Below, one piece after another: positions 60,871-64,000 of a stretch of DNA of 64,000 bases. This DNA comes from Callorhinchus milii (lineage: Eukaryota). The first letter of the stretch is position 1. Each line of letters opens with the position of its first letter. A program made the translations under genes and the position numbers. The DNA is taken from NCBI RefSeq assembly GCF_018977255.1, contig NW_024704743.1:33606001-33670000 (forward strand). The letters run 5' to 3'. The notes beneath the pieces were generated by a model that was given only the letters and a program-made list of their open reading frames with translations, was not told the DNA's origin and made no database searches.

Positions 60871-63800
60871 ATGATTGGATAGCTGCCCCAAATGCCCCCC
60901 TCCCCCCTCACATAACCTTGATCACTATCTGTTTCTCCATCAATGAAATCAACATGACCTCTACAGAAAAGCCCTTTGTCAGAGATGCATACCCTGGGGC
61001 ACGGTTCAATAGTGGCTCGAGGACAGAGTGAGACTGAGTGTACGTACTCTTAATATGCATTGCACACAGAACTACAACACTGCACTTTTAAGCCTTTGAT
61101 CTTGGTCGTGCCTTTAAGGCCTCAGTGCAGAGGGGAGCTAAGGTGCCCTCAATAAGCAAGGGGAGAAAAATGTGGGGGACTGTAGCTGTATGCTTGTATC
61201 TGTGTTTGGAATGGGCAAGGACTTGCATGTGACACAATAGACAGAGAGATAAACCTCAGCTCTCTTTCCTCTCCCTTTCCCCCTCACAAAAAATCTTCTC
61301 TGTGTACAACAACAACAAAATTACATTTGTATATTGCCTTTCACACCGGGAGAACTTCTCAAGCCGCTGGAAATAGTTATCGTCCCAAAACTTTATATCT
61401 TTAGAGACACTAACATACAGATAACTTCACATTCACTTTTCCAGCAGTAGCTTGGGGCTGCTATTCTGCTGTGAATTTTTTAATCTCCTGATGTTGGAGT
61501 AGTTAGACACAGTTATATACGCAAATTAAGTCAATATGTGCCAACGCAAGCTTTCCGCTTGTCTGTCCTGGAATCTGACAGTCATTCGATATATACATCT
61601 TCTTGGCAGTCTGTATTGCTGTTCCCATACCCTGTGCACAAGGATTTGGGGTCTAAAACCCATTAGTTCTTGAGATTGATTTGTAACCCACCTCCCCTAT
61701 AGTGTTCCCTTGGCAGACCTGTATTGTTTGTGTGTGTGTGTCCCAATTTATAGCCTTACCTGCCTGCAGGGTGTTTCCAGAATTGGCATTTGGTACTGTT
61801 CATTCCTGTCTGCTGTTCACTGAGAGAGACCGAGCGAGGCTGATGGTAATGGCAGATTATCCCAGCGTCAATGGAGTAAGTCAGAATGTTGCTGTAAAAT
61901 GCAGGGCCTGTAGCTTTAATAGAACTGCCAGTCCTGTAAGGACCTGGCCTTACTTGGCAACTGGCCTCGCTTAGAATGATTGGAATCAGGAGCTCGCCAC
62001 GTGAGGAAGCTTGAGGGCAGCACCGTGTTTCCTCACTCCGTGATCCAGGGTGTCCGATCATTCTGAAGAGCAGCTCTCTAGCTACGTGCTGCGTTGGCAT
62101 TGTTGTCCCACGTTGAGCAACATTGCTCTACCACACAGGTTTTTTTTCAACAAAGTGCGCTTTCAATCTGAATGTAATTGCATCGTGGTGTAATTCCACA
62201 ATAGAACGGCATGTTAGCAATTACTAGTGATAAATGGGGCATTTAGTTTGTATTAGAACAAATCAGTCAGATACTGTGCTATTAGGAATGCCATAGCCAG
62301 GCAGAATTTTTTTTTATTTCTGCCATACGTCCTCTTAAAAATGCAGGCAATGTTTACATTTCAAGCACAAGCTGCTTTGAACAGCTTGTATGTGACACTG
62401 AACCAGAAATGTGGCATTCAATGTTTTAAAAGGTCAAGGTAAAAATCTAGAAGTGATTGGAAGACGTATGTGTTGCAGAATGAAACGATCCTGTGATGGG
62501 AATTAGTTTATAAGCTGGCATTGTGTTGGAGATTTGACATAAAACACATAGACTGAATTAGAGCTTTGTTTATATTTGCCAGCTACCTTTGACCAGTGAG
62601 GGGAAGTAACTCGTACATTTGTAACTGTAAAGCTGTGAAGAGAGAATTTTACAGCCATTGTGTTTTGTGCTTGTGGACATCAACAGGAGGATGGAGTCTT
62701 AGCTGCTCAGACACAGCCGGGAGCCAAGTCGTATTGTCTTAACTTTGGTGTAATTAAGTAAGAAGCCGTCTCAAGTTAATTCATTTTAAAATCTGAAAGG
62801 TGGTCTGGTTCCTCGTAACCCTCGGGTCTAAAAGCAGGAACTGTAACCCGGCCCCGAGATGGAGCAGACAGCTACAAATTACATTAGTTTGGGATATGGT
62901 GAATTTGGAATTCCAGGTCTCTGCTTTCTGCCAGTTTCATGCTCGTCACACTGAACCCGGTCTGGGATCGTGCCAGAAAATATTCATTGTTCACAGAGGC
63001 CAGCGACTACAGTAACATCTGACTTCCATTGTCGCTTCACTTTCTTTTCCTACATCCGTTTTAACTTTGGGGGCATGTGGGATTTTCAGCTGAGAGGATA
63101 GAGAGCTCATTTCCAGGCCTCCTCTCATTGGCTCCTTTTAGCTGACTGCCACAGGGGCTGAATTACTACATCCTTTACTGCCTATATTTTGTTCTTTCTG
63201 TCTGATTTTTGGAAGAGAGGTCCACCACCTCTGTCCAACACCACATCTTTCATTCGCTTTCCCTCTCTCCTCCTGTCCCCCCAGCAAGCCGTTTTAATCC
63301 TAACCTCTGATACCAAATTTGAGGAGGTCATGGAGTTGGCAATTTAATTATGAGTAAATGTGACCAAAAACACTTATCCAAAACTCCATCCCCCCAAAAA
63401 TCCTCACCTACACCAAGGTCTCCATATACACAATAAGCAAAGCAGGAGCTACAGGAGCAAAACGTAGTGCAATAGTGAAAATGTAGTGCAAAAAGGCAGA
63501 CGGGAATTGCTTGTTTCATCTTAAAATGTTTTGAGCAATGGTGGATTATCGTAAAACAGTTGAGGTCAGTTGGGGCAATTGGGAAGATGGAAACAGTAGT
63601 CAATGGTGAACGAGAATGTCAAGTTGTGTTAAATTGCCAAATGCTCAAATTAAGCCTATTTCAAGTTTTCTGGGTTTCAGTTCCTTTCATCCAAAGTGCA
63701 GTCGTCATATGTGTTCCTTAGAGTGCATGTGCAGCCATTGCAGTTGACAAGTGAGCAGCTGTTGTCTAGTTGGAACTACAGTGATGAGTAAAGGCGTTTT

Positions 63801-64000
63801 AAATAACACAAAGTGGCGACAATTGACATTTAATTTTAGTTTGTCGAACATTTTGTTTTCTCTGAAGAAGTGGTCAGCTGTCAGAGATGTGTTCAGAACG
63901 TGAGCTGAGAAGGAGGCTGGCGTAATTTATAGATTGCTTTTTTAACAGGTTTGTGTTTTTGGGCAAGAAAGTGCTGCGATGGGGTGACTGGCAACAGTCA

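Larger units (their letters stand above)
59715..64000 (+). other. JARID2: Start of next JARID2 intron
   Basis: Follows the canonical donor; no further JARID2 coding sequence recognised. Confidence 0.85.

Overview
Eukaryotic vertebrate DNA, almost entirely intronic. One coding exon is supported: 59564-59714 (+), which translates to the N-terminal ubiquitin-interacting-motif region of JARID2 (Jumonji, PRC2.2 cofactor) and is equivalent to human coding exon 2. So 1-59563 is most likely the 3' part of a very large intron 1, and 59715-64000 is the start of intron 2. The repeats point to a cartilaginous fish, probably a holocephalan such as Callorhinchus milii (inference from recalled repeat families, not a search). 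They include a young tRNA-Ala-headed SINE ending in (TTA)n, many Deu-domain SacSINE1/AmnSINE1-like SINEs, a third older SINE family, L2 and CR1 LINE 3' fragments, a hAT-Charlie-like MITE and a Tigger/pogo-like element. None of the listed ORFs is a host gene; a few are decayed LINE ORF2 fragments. The most unusual structure is a ~575-bp unit (265 bp of unique intron plus a SINE) present at both 9788 and 50392. Nesting shows the 50-kb copy is the donor, consistent with 5' transduction of JARID2 pre-mRNA back into its own intron. There is also an unexplained 48-bp-arm inverted repeat at 19942-20084. Repeat boundaries were read by eye and are approximate, and several further decayed SINE tails are not listed.
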